Positions 40,684-49,976 of a stretch of 64,000 bases of DNA are shown piece after piece. Each line of letters opens with the position of its first letter. Position 1 is the first letter of the stretch. The stretch covers positions 256,001-320,000 of the forward strand of contig CAVTBR010000001.1 of assembly GCA_963733055.1 (NCBI GenBank), read 5' to 3'. Source of the DNA: Candidatus Bathyarchaeota archaeon. GTDB taxonomy: Archaea; Thermoproteota; Bathyarchaeia; 40CM-2-53-6. The translations under genes and the position numbers were made by a program. A model generated the notes under the pieces. It ran no database searches, was not told the origin of the DNA, and saw only the letters and a list, made by a program, of their open reading frames with translations.

Positions 40684-41175
40684 TTGTTAACCGAGAAAAT
40701 GCGTCGCCACGTAGAAACGAACTGGAAACGTGTGCCAAAGGAACAATTGAAGACCTACCGGAGCCGTCTACGCTACCAAGCGGTCGCAGCGTTGCTAGAC
40801 CTAGCGCTGGTAGCAGAGAGAGAGCCTGAAGAGCAGCTGCAACAGATATTCACCCCAGACACCGTCGGAATATTGATTCAGGCCTTGACAGGACACGGGT
40901 GCGAAGCAATCCACGCCCGACACCATGAAATCGCCCGCGTAATGCTCAACGCAGCATACAAACGCCTCCAAATCCTCATCGACACCGATTACCGACCCAT
41001 GGTTGTAGAGCCTCTTAACAGGGGTGTGGCTCTCCTAACAATGATCCCCGCCCCGAAAGAACCCCGACAAATGCCACCCGCCACAGTCAACGATCAACGC
41101 GAGAAAACGCAACACCAACGAAGGCGGATTATGCACGATCATCTGGGTCGCCAGCTCCTGGAGGAACACGAGTAG
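40684..41175 (+). CDS. Hypothetical protein
   Basis: 163-aa helical ORF divergent from the terminase operon. Confidence 0.55.
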   Translation: MLTEKMRRHVETNWKRVPKEQLKTYRSRLRYQAVAALLDLALVAEREPEEQLQQIFTPDTVGILIQALTGHGCEAIHARHHEIARVMLNAAYKRLQILIDTDYRPMVVEPLNRGVALLTMIPAPKEPRQMPPATVNDQREKTQHQRRRIMHDHLGRQLLEEHE

Positions 41176-41390
41176 TAATATCCAGAAATGAATGGCAAGC
41201 ATGGGACGGTTAGGTTGGATAGAAGTTACCTCAACAGCCAGATCCTAACGAGGATACCATGAGTAGTTATGGCGACGTCAGGCGACGGATTCCGCATATT
41301 GTGGCCGCTGGTCTTTCTCGCGAAAGGAAGCGGGCACTTGAAAAGTAGTCGTACCAGAGTTTCGTTAATCGTACTGGCAGACACTATTAG

Positions 41391-41843
41391 TCAATTCTCA
41401 TTCGCTTGCAACTGGCGGCAGACGATGCTGTAAGCCAGTTTACTAGCGGCGACCATTTCATCCATAATTCGCTCTACTTCTTTTGCACCTTGATTCTCTG
41501 CTCTTGCGGTACCGAACGTATGAAAGAATTCGTTTCTATGCTCTTGAAACTGACGTATAATTCGAAACTCTTCAGGCGTAACGACTCCCATTTTCTTCAA
41601 GAAGTCAAGCTTTCTTCCGAAAGGTGAGCCGACCAAGAATTGGACTTTCTTGTTTGGATACTCGCAGTCCATGTGGAACTGGTTTGTTACAAGTCGGTCT
41701 ATGTCGAACTCAATACTGCTCCACGCTGCAAGAATCAATTCGTGGAAGCGTTTCTCTTTCCTTAGAATGTCAAAATAAAGCTCGTTCGTCGCTGGCGTAT
41801 CAATGGGTTGTTCAGTCATCTCGTTCGTCCTTGGTTCTCTCAA
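41391..41843 (-). CDS. HEPN-domain protein
   Basis: AWSSIE helix and RNEFFH (Rx4H) motif. Confidence 0.65.
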   Translation of the reverse strand: MREPRTNEMTEQPIDTPATNELYFDILRKEKRFHELILAAWSSIEFDIDRLVTNQFHMDCEYPNKKVQFLVGSPFGRKLDFLKKMGVVTPEEFRIIRQFQEHRNEFFHTFGTARAENQGAKEVERIMDEMVAASKLAYSIVCRQLQANEN

Positions 41844-41896
41844 GTCTTATAATTCAACCGGAGGTGATTTATCCGTGCTGCCTTGATTTCTCAGAT

Positions 41897-42283
41897 ATGG
41901 TCGATAAATCTATCTTCGTCTACACGATTGGCCTACCTTTGCTTGTCCTTACGCTCACTATTGCCACTCGATATCCGTTGAAGTCAGAAATTCCAATAGA
42001 GGAAGATAGAGAAAGCGCACTAGCTAGATTCGGGGTGGATACGGGTTTGGACTCTTACTTTGTCGGGTTAGTCGCAGTCGTATCCGCAACTATTGCTAGA
42101 TTCGGCTCATCGGTGCCCTCTCTTGAAGTGTTTGTGATGATCGTCTACGTCGCAATCTCGGCGATAATCGGCCGACTATACAAAGTAGGTTGGAAACGGA
42201 TGAAAAATCACTGCTTCTATGTCGGCATTGCGTCTCTGCTCTTCTCTATCTCGTACGCCCTCTACCTTTTCTTCCTGGTATGA
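41897..42283 (+). CDS. Hypothetical 4-TM membrane protein
   Basis: Hydrophobic helices from ATG 41897. Confidence 0.55.
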   Translation: MVDKSIFVYTIGLPLLVLTLTIATRYPLKSEIPIEEDRESALARFGVDTGLDSYFVGLVAVVSATIARFGSSVPSLEVFVMIVYVAISAIIGRLYKVGWKRMKNHCFYVGIASLLFSISYALYLFFLV

Positions 42284-42351
42284 ATCTTGGCAAGATTCCA
42301 GACAAGCTTTTATATAAAGGTCCTAGTATAGGACAAGGCGGTGGAAGCGCG

Positions 42352-42693
42352 GTGCTTTCAGGTACAGGTAACATAGACAAAGTCGGACGTTATGGGGGCG
42401 CAAGGGTCTATATCCCGTCCAAGGTTGCATTTGATAGCACACTTCCGTTCAAAATGGGAGAAGAAGTAAAGATCCAGATAGATCCAGAGATGAAAACGCT
42501 GCTTATACTTCCCGCTAACGATCAACGCAGCCTTACAGTAATCGAAACAAGAGCGCTCAGGGAACTGTCAACCGAACTCAGGCACTTCATCTCACTGTTC
42601 AGGGACCTGCCAACAGAACTGTCTAACAGGCCGGACGCAAAACGACAGGCGTCCAGGATCGAGAGGAAGCTGGATGAGTTAGTTCTGGCTTAG
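42352..42693 (+). CDS. AbrB/MazE-like DNA-binding protein
   Basis: ARVYIPSKVAFDSTLPFKMGEEVKIQID; TATA box TTTTATATAAA at 42308-42318. Confidence 0.7.
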   Translation: MLSGTGNIDKVGRYGGARVYIPSKVAFDSTLPFKMGEEVKIQIDPEMKTLLILPANDQRSLTVIETRALRELSTELRHFISLFRDLPTELSNRPDAKRQASRIERKLDELVLA

Positions 42694-42919
42694 ACTCAGA
42701 GGCACACCAAGCTTACCAAACACTCTCCGCCAGGCTCGCGGTAAGGCACTCTACTTCTTCTGACTCTGTGAAGGTTCTAACCCGAGACTTGGCCGGTGAG
42801 TTCGAGAAACTTTGTGCACTTCTAGCCATATCCGAGAGGGAAGCTGCGGAGCTAGCTATGCGAACCTGGGTCAAAGGAAACTGGGATTAAGCACAGAAGA
42901 AACTTGACCTCTACGCTGA

Positions 42920-43353
42920 GAAGGGCGGCCAACCTGTTGGGTGATTACCCTTCCACCAGGTGGCAGGGCTCAAGCGACTTCGCTTGGTTCAAGGTCTTCA
43001 TGATGATTCAGCACCAAATCAAAGCTACCGTCCTGAAAAGGAAATTGCACGCTTCGACATTCAACCACCTCGATTCCGAACTTGGTTAAGCGTTTCTTTG
43101 CAACGGGAACGTTGACCTTCCATTCTTCTGTGGCAACAACCCGATTCGGGAGACTGGAGAATACTTCCGCTAGAAACTCGCCCCCTCCTGTGCCCATGTC
43201 CAGAACAGATCTGGCGGATTTAGCTGCTTCACGAACTAATGAACCATAGTTCCAAGGCGGCGCAGCACCGACCCGTCGCCACGAGTCATTCGAGAAACTC
43301 CAGCCGGAGAAATGGCGCGCCCGTTCAACGTAAGGTCGCAGTGAATCTATCGC
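42920..43353 (-). pseudogene. Fragment of a class I SAM-dependent methyltransferase
   Basis: FSGWSFS...PPWNY...VLDMGTGGGE...FPFQDGSFDLVLNHH, then a stop/frameshift into PGGRVITQQVG; no start codon. Confidence 0.7.
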
Positions 43354-43354
43354 C

Positions 43355-43639
43355 TTAGTGATCTGTCGGCATTTTCTTCTGGGCGATCAGCTTGAACTCG
43401 AAGTGGAATTGGTCGGGCTTCTGGTTCAGCTGATTGATCTTCTCCGACAAGTAGTGGGGTCGGAGTCCCACGCTCATGTCGCAGATGTCGTAGTACGCTT
43501 GACAGATGTTAGGCGGCACCCTCATGGTCCCTAGCTTCGTGAAACCCATCTTAAGCATCTCTCCATCGAGGTCTTCCTGCGCTTCTAGGAGTGTGGCCTC
43601 GTTAAGGTGTTGGATCTCGACCAGAAGTAGCATGCTCAT
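43355..43639 (-). CDS. Hypothetical protein (94 aa)
   Basis: Non-overlapping 3' part of ORF 43355-43864, from ATG 43639. Confidence 0.45.
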   Translation of the reverse strand: MSMLLLVEIQHLNEATLLEAQEDLDGEMLKMGFTKLGTMRVPPNICQAYYDICDMSVGLRPHYLSEKINQLNQKPDQFHFEFKLIAQKKMPTDH

Positions 43640-43699
43640 CCACCACGCTTCACTATCGATAGCGAGAACATAAGCGTTCGATGCTGACATATCGAGTGC

Positions 43700-44275
43700 G
43701 TGCGGTGGTGTTTGGTGGAGGACCCTCAGGCTCATTGGAAAGCGATGGGTCACCTGTGGGAGGTGGCTGCCGAATCTCTGCTCAAGAAAATGGGGTATCG
43801 GATACTGAGAGCCCAGCACCTTGACATCAACGTGAAGCGCGAGAGACGCCTGCGCAATCTTCACAAGGACAAAGACTTCGATTGGTACTTGTGGAAATAC
43901 CCTGACTATATCGTCGAACGGAAATCCACCATTGGTCTCGTGGATGTGAAGAGCAAGCCGCTTCTGCCCCTTCTCGGGAGATCGTCAAGATGGGGGGATT
44001 ACGGAGCCGGCTCAATCTCTTTCACTGGGATGGAGATGAGAGCCTATCCCGAGTCGAGGATCCCGGTCCAAGTTTTGCTAATTCGCTATCGTGATAGAGA
44101 CGACTTGAGGAGACTCGGCCCCGTTGAGTTTAGCCTTATTCCCTTTACCGAGTTCGAATTCAGGCCGGACTGGGCTGGTGGTTTCCCGCCCGCATCAGTG
44201 CGCTGGAAGACGCTGAGTTCTCGAGCAGCCTACAGCATTCTGCCAAAGGCTGTAAAGTCTCTTGGTGTAAAGTAG
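43700..44275 (+). CDS. PD-(D/E)xK nuclease superfamily protein
   Basis: GHLWE...YPDYIV...LVDVKSK. Confidence 0.7.
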   Translation: MRWCLVEDPQAHWKAMGHLWEVAAESLLKKMGYRILRAQHLDINVKRERRLRNLHKDKDFDWYLWKYPDYIVERKSTIGLVDVKSKPLLPLLGRSSRWGDYGAGSISFTGMEMRAYPESRIPVQVLLIRYRDRDDLRRLGPVEFSLIPFTEFEFRPDWAGGFPPASVRWKTLSSRAAYSILPKAVKSLGVK

Positions 44276-44327
44276 GTGCAGTCTCCGTGTCTGATCATTA
44301 GATTTGACCAAGCTGACATGTCTCACG

Positions 44328-44834
44328 TTATCCAGACTGTTTCCATCTTTGGGTTGCTATTCGTATGATGAGGTCTCTGCAAGTGACTAGGTCACTCCAT
44401 GCTTCCTCATCAGAGACCCAGAGCTGTACTGGCTCGAGCATTCTGGTTGAATGGGCTTGTTCGTAGTACGCTCGGTCTATGCGCTGTGCGAGGTGGGCTC
44501 CAAGGTTTCCATGCTCTCTTGCAGCATCGATTCGTTTTGCGAAATCCTCATCGATCAGGTGGTTCGTCTTTGCCCACTCGAAATTTTCCTGCCACACAGT
44601 ATTCTTTACGAGCTCGTGTGAAGCTGAGCGATCGGTGATCGTTGGCGTAGTTTTCGCTGTATGAAGTAGCGTCTCCATGGACGCTCTAGTGCATAAGCAG
44701 CAGGCGAGATTGGCGTGAGCATAGAAGCACCGGACCGCCTCCCCGAAGAGGTCTGCAGCTTTCGATAGTACGAACCACTTATCGACCACGTTCTTGTTCG
44801 TGGTCAGGGAAAACCAGAGTTCACTGTAAGCCAA
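44328..44834 (-). CDS. DUF4145 (HEPN-like) protein
   Basis: EAVRCF...ACCLCTRASME...AREHGNLGAH. Confidence 0.75.
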   Translation of the reverse strand: MAYSELWFSLTTNKNVVDKWFVLSKAADLFGEAVRCFYAHANLACCLCTRASMETLLHTAKTTPTITDRSASHELVKNTVWQENFEWAKTNHLIDEDFAKRIDAAREHGNLGAHLAQRIDRAYYEQAHSTRMLEPVQLWVSDEEAWSDLVTCRDLIIRIATQRWKQSG

Positions 44835-44864
44835 TTGTGTCTACCCGCTTCTTAGTGAGGTGGT

Positions 44865-45599
44865 CTATTTGATTATTTGACCAGTTTTGTTTGACCATAT
44901 CAATAGGTCAAGATCGTCCATCGGAATGGAGCTGTCCCTAGCCAATTCCATCATCCTCTTCTCATATTCAAGATACTGAGACTTTCTCAGAGCTTGCTCG
45001 TAAATCTTAGAAACGTAGTTAAACTTCTTCAACTCCCTCTGGATATGTCGGTCCAAGAGCGCGAGCCCGCAACCCAATCCAATTCCAACATTTCTGAGAA
45101 ACTGACTTGCGACTTTCCAACCAACACCACTCTTCTGAGATGCGAGATATTCTCTAGCGCCTAGGATCTCCCAATCATTGGTTCTCTTGAATTTGCCTTC
45201 GAGAACATACTTGATTCTCATGGTTTCTTGATTGGCGAATTTGTCACGCCAACTTACGATGTGTATGGACCTATTCCAGAGCGCATAATGGTGCTGTCTT
45301 AGGTAAGTTTGGATTTGCTCATTTGTACCGTCAAAGAGCAACCTACTGCTCTCAAGTTCGGCAACCAAAGGGAGCGTTCTCGCAGCATCCTGCCTTGCTA
45401 GCAAAATGCCATAGCAAAGTTCGGCAAAAACGCCTTCATCGCTTTTGCCCCATCCGGTTCTCAATTCTTTAAGCCGCTCTTGAATCAAAACGCGCTTTGT
45501 TTGATATGCTTGCTGAAGGTCTTGCACTGTCATTGGGTTGGCGCGTTGTACGATTATCGGTTTAACGTAAACTGATTCAGCCGACATATCACAGGCCAC
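44865..45599 (-). CDS. 8-oxoguanine N-glycosylase/DNA lyase-like protein (OGG2 type, HhH)
   Basis: FAELCYGIL, GVGWKVASQFLRNVG, ALLDRHI, YLEYE, LDLLIW, terminal Lys. Confidence 0.82.
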   Translation of the reverse strand: MACDMSAESVYVKPIIVQRANPMTVQDLQQAYQTKRVLIQERLKELRTGWGKSDEGVFAELCYGILLARQDAARTLPLVAELESSRLLFDGTNEQIQTYLRQHHYALWNRSIHIVSWRDKFANQETMRIKYVLEGKFKRTNDWEILGAREYLASQKSGVGWKVASQFLRNVGIGLGCGLALLDRHIQRELKKFNYVSKIYEQALRKSQYLEYEKRMMELARDSSIPMDDLDLLIWSNKTGQIIK

Positions 45600-45640
45600 T
45601 CTCGACAGTTTCAGCCACGAACCAACTTAGTCACGAAGAG

Positions 45641-46276
45641 CTAAGCGACGGAGTTCCCGTTCCTATTCAGAGCATCATTCAACGCTTCGAAAACAGGTAT
45701 CGAAGCTGCAACTATCCGTTGGGCTGTGGGTCGATCAACATCGACTTGGTGGAGCGCTCGATTGCAAATCCTTGTTATGCTCACAATTGGTTCGACCAAG
45801 TTATCTGAAAGTATCCCTCTGCTAGCAAGGATCTTTACAATCTCTCCAAGTGGATATTTCACGGGCTCGTCAGGTCCAGATAGCTGTCTAAGGACCTGTT
45901 CAAGTCCCATACGGATCGATGCCAAAGCTAGATTCGGATCTTCATCAATCACCCTGTAAGCCAGTGCAACTTGGTTCGGAATGAGCGGCGCGATCGGTCT
46001 AGAAGTAACGATCCGTACAGTTTGCCTTTCCAGTGCTTCAACTTCTTCACGAATCTCCAATCCCCCTCCCCCGGGGAGCGATATCTTCGTCACAAAAGGG
46101 AAAAGCCAGGGAGATACGAAAATCAGAAAGAACACAACACTCGTAGTGTCAATTTGTCCCCATGACGCAGCGTGAAAGACAATCATTAACCCTGCCGCTA
46201 GAGAAATTAACAGTGAGGTCGCGTAGTATCTTCTTCCTCTAAACAATTTGCTCGACAATTGCTGCGATGACACCAC
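45641..46276 (-). CDS. 2-TM protein with C-terminal DUF4145/HEPN-like domain
   Basis: Two N-terminal TM helices; ALASIRMGLEQVL...RICNRALH. Confidence 0.65.
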   Translation of the reverse strand: MVSSQQLSSKLFRGRRYYATSLLISLAAGLMIVFHAASWGQIDTTSVVFFLIFVSPWLFPFVTKISLPGGGGLEIREEVEALERQTVRIVTSRPIAPLIPNQVALAYRVIDEDPNLALASIRMGLEQVLRQLSGPDEPVKYPLGEIVKILASRGILSDNLVEPIVSITRICNRALHQVDVDRPTAQRIVAASIPVFEALNDALNRNGNSVA

Positions 46277-46329
46277 GTGCGTATTCTATCCATCGCATTA
46301 ACTTGAATCTTTTCGGAGTTACCAGCGCG

Positions 46330-47771
46330 CTAATAGAACTGCCAGAACCGACGGAAGCCTTCGGCATCACCGATGCTGAGCATCTGCATGAGAGATCTCA
46401 GTTCACTTCCATCTACGAGCTGCACACTCCTCTTGTTACATTCTTCGCGCGCGTGACTCGTGTCTATCTTCGTCGTTACCATAGCTGCCCGCACTTTACC
46501 GGAATTGCCGTCGAAGAGCTCTTGGCTCAAGTATTCAGCGCATTCTTTGATGCTAGAGATTTCTTTATCCTGGGGAAGATCCATGGTACATGAAACGACG
46601 TAAATAGTGCTGTACTGCGGAGCATATGCAATCAGGTCTGCGCTACCTTTAGTGAACTTTGACTCTTTGATAATCAGTTTCTCGAACTCGTCGAGCTTGA
46701 CGACGCAAAAGACACCGGAGGAGGAGAGAAGCCATGATACCGCTCGTTCGAATACCCTGCTAGGCCGTGAAACCTTCTCGGGGGAGAGTAATTGTTTGCT
46801 CAAATCCTCGACTGAACAAAATCGGTCTAGAACCAATCTTAGTGGAAATTCAACCCCGAATACCCTGTTCGGATGCTTGAGGAGAAGACCTGAAAGTTCT
46901 CTGCCTTCTTCATCGAGATTTAGTCCACCAAGAAGCAAGCGCGCATCTATGTGGTCATGGATCGCCCAATGTTGCAGCTTAGTTGAGAGAGTAACTCGAT
47001 TAATAGAATTACCAAGTTTTTCAACTCCAATATTTTTCAAGCAGAATTCATATTCCTCCTTCGGCGGTCCGCTTCGCGCACCCCACCCCTCGCCAGACAA
47101 CAGATGAACGACCAGTCTAGCGCTGTTGAAGCGGTCATGGAAAGATATCGTTGATGAAAAAGTTGATCCGTCAAATGAAACAGCGTCAATCCGAGCATAA
47201 ACTGGCAACGATACGAAAATACTGTAACCAGCATTCATGCTTTGATCTAGGTGAACCTGAAGGCAGGAGCTCACCGCCTGATAGATGTCTCTATACCCAA
47301 GCGTTCTGACGTCGAAAGAGGCTCGGTCCAACGTCTCTTGGTCGGGACCGGCGTCTCCACGATTTATCGCTCCGCCATATTGCGCCATTCCTTTTCAATG
47401 AAGTATGTCGAGTATCTGGACAGACCACAATTCAACGATGCGATATCGGGCACCGGTTTTATGGCGACAGGCACTTCTTGAAGCTCAACTTTACCCGATG
47501 CGAAGGCTTGTTGGAAATCCTTCCAATCGTCCTCCACTGTCCCGCTCGCATAGTATGTTCGAAAGCACCGAGTAACAATAGGCTTGGTTCGTCTTACGGT
47601 TGTAGACCCGTCGCAGAGGAAGCGAATCGACGATGCGTAGTTTACCCACTCATCACCTTGTCGAAAACATGCAAATCGCACGTCAACTCGGCTAAAGAAA
47701 TGAGACAGTTCTTCAAGAAGTTGTCCGAACTTAACAGCAGACATACTAACGCTTAGGATCAGCGCAGACAA
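46330..47771 (-). CDS. Restriction-endonuclease-like protein (C-terminal Mrr-like PD-(D/E)xK fold), split near 47380
   Basis: Overlapping ORFs 47364-47771 and 46330-47388; FERAVSWLL...ADLIAY...VVSCT...LVDGSEL. Confidence 0.55.
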
Positions 47772-47862
47772 AGAGTTTCCTAAATTTGCAACGCTCGTCT
47801 CCGATTGAGGAACTAGTCGAAGGCGACAATGCTTTGTCCCACAAAATGTCTAGTTTTAGAGT

Positions 47863-48972
47863 GTGTACCACCAATCATGTTTCGAGACCACGTTGGTAGA
47901 CATACGGGCTTCGGAGCGAAGAACCATGCTGACGCTTGCACCAGTCTTCAACGTTGATTTTGAACAACCTCAGTTGGAGCTTTCAGAGAACCTGTGCTTA
48001 CGCATTTTGACAAATGAGGAAGTTCAGGTCATTCGTGAGAATGAGAACAGATTCAGAGCGCTTCCTCTCAACGCGCTTACGAAACTGAAATTTGCTATAG
48101 CCTGTATCACTGAAGTATCCTCCCCATGGGATCTCCTAACCCAGAGCAGGGCAACCAAACGGATTAACCTCGTAATTGCCGCTTTCCGACTCTGGAGCGG
48201 TGTCAATCTCCGATCACCTCTCAGATTTCAAAGGATAGAAGTAAGCAACGTTTTGTACAATCTACCAATCGGCGATCGAGAGAGAGAATCACTCTTAAAG
48301 AAGATTAATCCATTTTCTATCACTAAATTGAGCTCTCCTGAACCCTTTGCAGTAAGCGAAGTAAATCGATTCTCAAAGGCGGATGCAGAAGCGTTCGCTC
48401 AGCTTTTCAGAAGTATGGAGAAAGACAATCAAGGCAATTTGAAAGTGGCTTTTCAACGGCTGAAAATGTTCTCAGAGGAAGAATGGCCTGAGAAGATCAT
48501 TGATGCAATGATAGCCTTCGAAGCCCTTTACGTCAAGAGAGGAGATAAACGGTCCAAGTCTGAACAGATCGCCTCAGGAGCTGCAAAGCTCATAGGGCAA
48601 ACCCCTGCTGTGGCCGAATTGCTTCACGCTGCATACAAGCTAAGGAATAGAATCGTGCATGGAGAAGATGTGACCTCAGACCACTGGAATGAACTCACTA
48701 GACTGGCAATCATGAACGACCCTGATTTGAAATCCTTGATATCTGAACCGACTACGGACAGTCACGAAGAACTTCCACCAAACGCCCCCGTCGAAGCGAT
48801 AGGCAACTGTTTGTGTGAATCGATTAGCGCTAAACTAACACATGAAATCGACAACGAGGATAGACACGCAAGAGAGGGGGCCGGAGCGGAGCAGGGCTCA
48901 ACGTCACAGCCGCAACATGACCAAAGAACCGAGCTTTACCATAGCGACGATTATGATGGTTATCAGGATTAA
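47863..48972 (+). CDS. ApeA-like HEPN protein
   Basis: IIDAMIAFEALY...AYKLRNRIVHG; C-terminal tail may be degenerate. Confidence 0.75.
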   Translation: MYHQSCFETTLVDIRASERRTMLTLAPVFNVDFEQPQLELSENLCLRILTNEEVQVIRENENRFRALPLNALTKLKFAIACITEVSSPWDLLTQSRATKRINLVIAAFRLWSGVNLRSPLRFQRIEVSNVLYNLPIGDRERESLLKKINPFSITKLSSPEPFAVSEVNRFSKADAEAFAQLFRSMEKDNQGNLKVAFQRLKMFSEEEWPEKIIDAMIAFEALYVKRGDKRSKSEQIASGAAKLIGQTPAVAELLHAAYKLRNRIVHGEDVTSDHWNELTRLAIMNDPDLKSLISEPTTDSHEELPPNAPVEAIGNCLCESISAKLTHEIDNEDRHAREGAGAEQGSTSQPQHDQRTELYHSDDYDGYQD

Positions 48973-49060
48973 CAAATGGAGCAATCGAAGAAAACTTCAA
49001 AAAAACGGCCCAAAATGAGGAGAAATCCGTAGAAAATGGTCTATCAATCCCATGAGATGA

Positions 49061-49085
49061 TGGGGCTGGTGGGATTTGCACCCGC
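49061..49085 (-). other. tRNA 3'-end-like fragment (T-arm plus acceptor strand)
   Basis: Minus strand GCGGG-TGCAAAT-CCCAC-CAGCCCC-A. Confidence 0.55.
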
Positions 49086-49437
49086 CGGTGTCCGCTAGGT
49101 TCAGCCTGCAGACTCACCGGTCTATCTTCCGAGTCAGCTTTGCACATGTAACTGACACCGATCGGTATAGTATACGAACCTGGAACATAAGCCTCTGGGA
49201 TAACATCGCCAACATGAATCGTCTTGAGGTGATGGAAGGCAAATTACTCTCATTATAAGTCGATTCAGCAGCGCAGAATTCCGGACTACGATGCCATACT
49301 TAGGAGCTAGGATAGCTCCCTTGATCTCCTATGCCTCGCCGGCAGGGTCGCACATGGGCGCAGTTGTGGAGACAACTGAAATCGGATTCAACGTACACGA
49401 CCCTGATCTCCTGTTCAATGTATCCTCTGGAATCAAT

Positions 49438-49824
49438 CTAATTGAAACACACATCTACTCGTGCCTTGGATAAGAGGAATTCTTGAAGTCTTTCCGTGCT
49501 GCTGAAACTTCTCTTGACCCCGACTTCGGATCTCGATAGTAGGTATACATGTGATTTGTCTAAAGCAACGTTTTCGTCCTCCCCTTGTAAGCTGACCAGA
49601 GCCAGTATATCGTATAATTTCCGCTCCTCGGGAGCTGGCCATTGATCATTCACGGAAGTCTTCACCTGTATAGTCCGTAAACTGAGTCCTTTAGCTGCTA
49701 TGAGATCGTTTCCACTATCCTTGAGAGTGAACGATGCTTGGACTCCATACTGAAGCAGTCGCATAACCACAAGCAATTCTCCTATTGTTCCCGTCTTTAG
49801 ATTCTCATCCAACGGATTTGCCAT
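49438..49824 (-). CDS. Small PD-(D/E)xK endonuclease
   Basis: GTIGE...GNDLIA...IQVKTS. Confidence 0.8.
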   Translation of the reverse strand: MANPLDENLKTGTIGELLVVMRLLQYGVQASFTLKDSGNDLIAAKGLSLRTIQVKTSVNDQWPAPEERKLYDILALVSLQGEDENVALDKSHVYLLSRSEVGVKRSFSSTERLQEFLLSKARVDVCFN

Positions 49825-49976
49825 GACGATGCGTAACCTCGGTCGGAGATTTACGTACTACCTAAATTCTCTCAGGCCAACAAAATGCGAGTAGTTTCGC
49901 TGGTTTTTTCAGGTAATAATAGGAGAGGAGCGCATTTCGAGCAACAGGCGCACAATTTACTCAACCGGTGAGGTAG

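Noticed and set aside
2234-47771. Single frameshifts in VOC (~2390), ProDH (~3600), acetoacetate-CoA ligase (~23430), CatE-like (~33595) and the nuclease (~47380) as programmed frameshifting
   Set aside because: Unrelated genes, otherwise intact, no shared slippery heptamer, several at or near homopolymers; most consistent with long-read indel errors
49061-49415. tmRNA-like gene (about 350 nt with a tRNA-like 3' end)
   Set aside because: No GGGGCTG 5' end at the expected distance, no G3-U70 pair, no tag ORF or smpB; archaea are not known to have tmRNA
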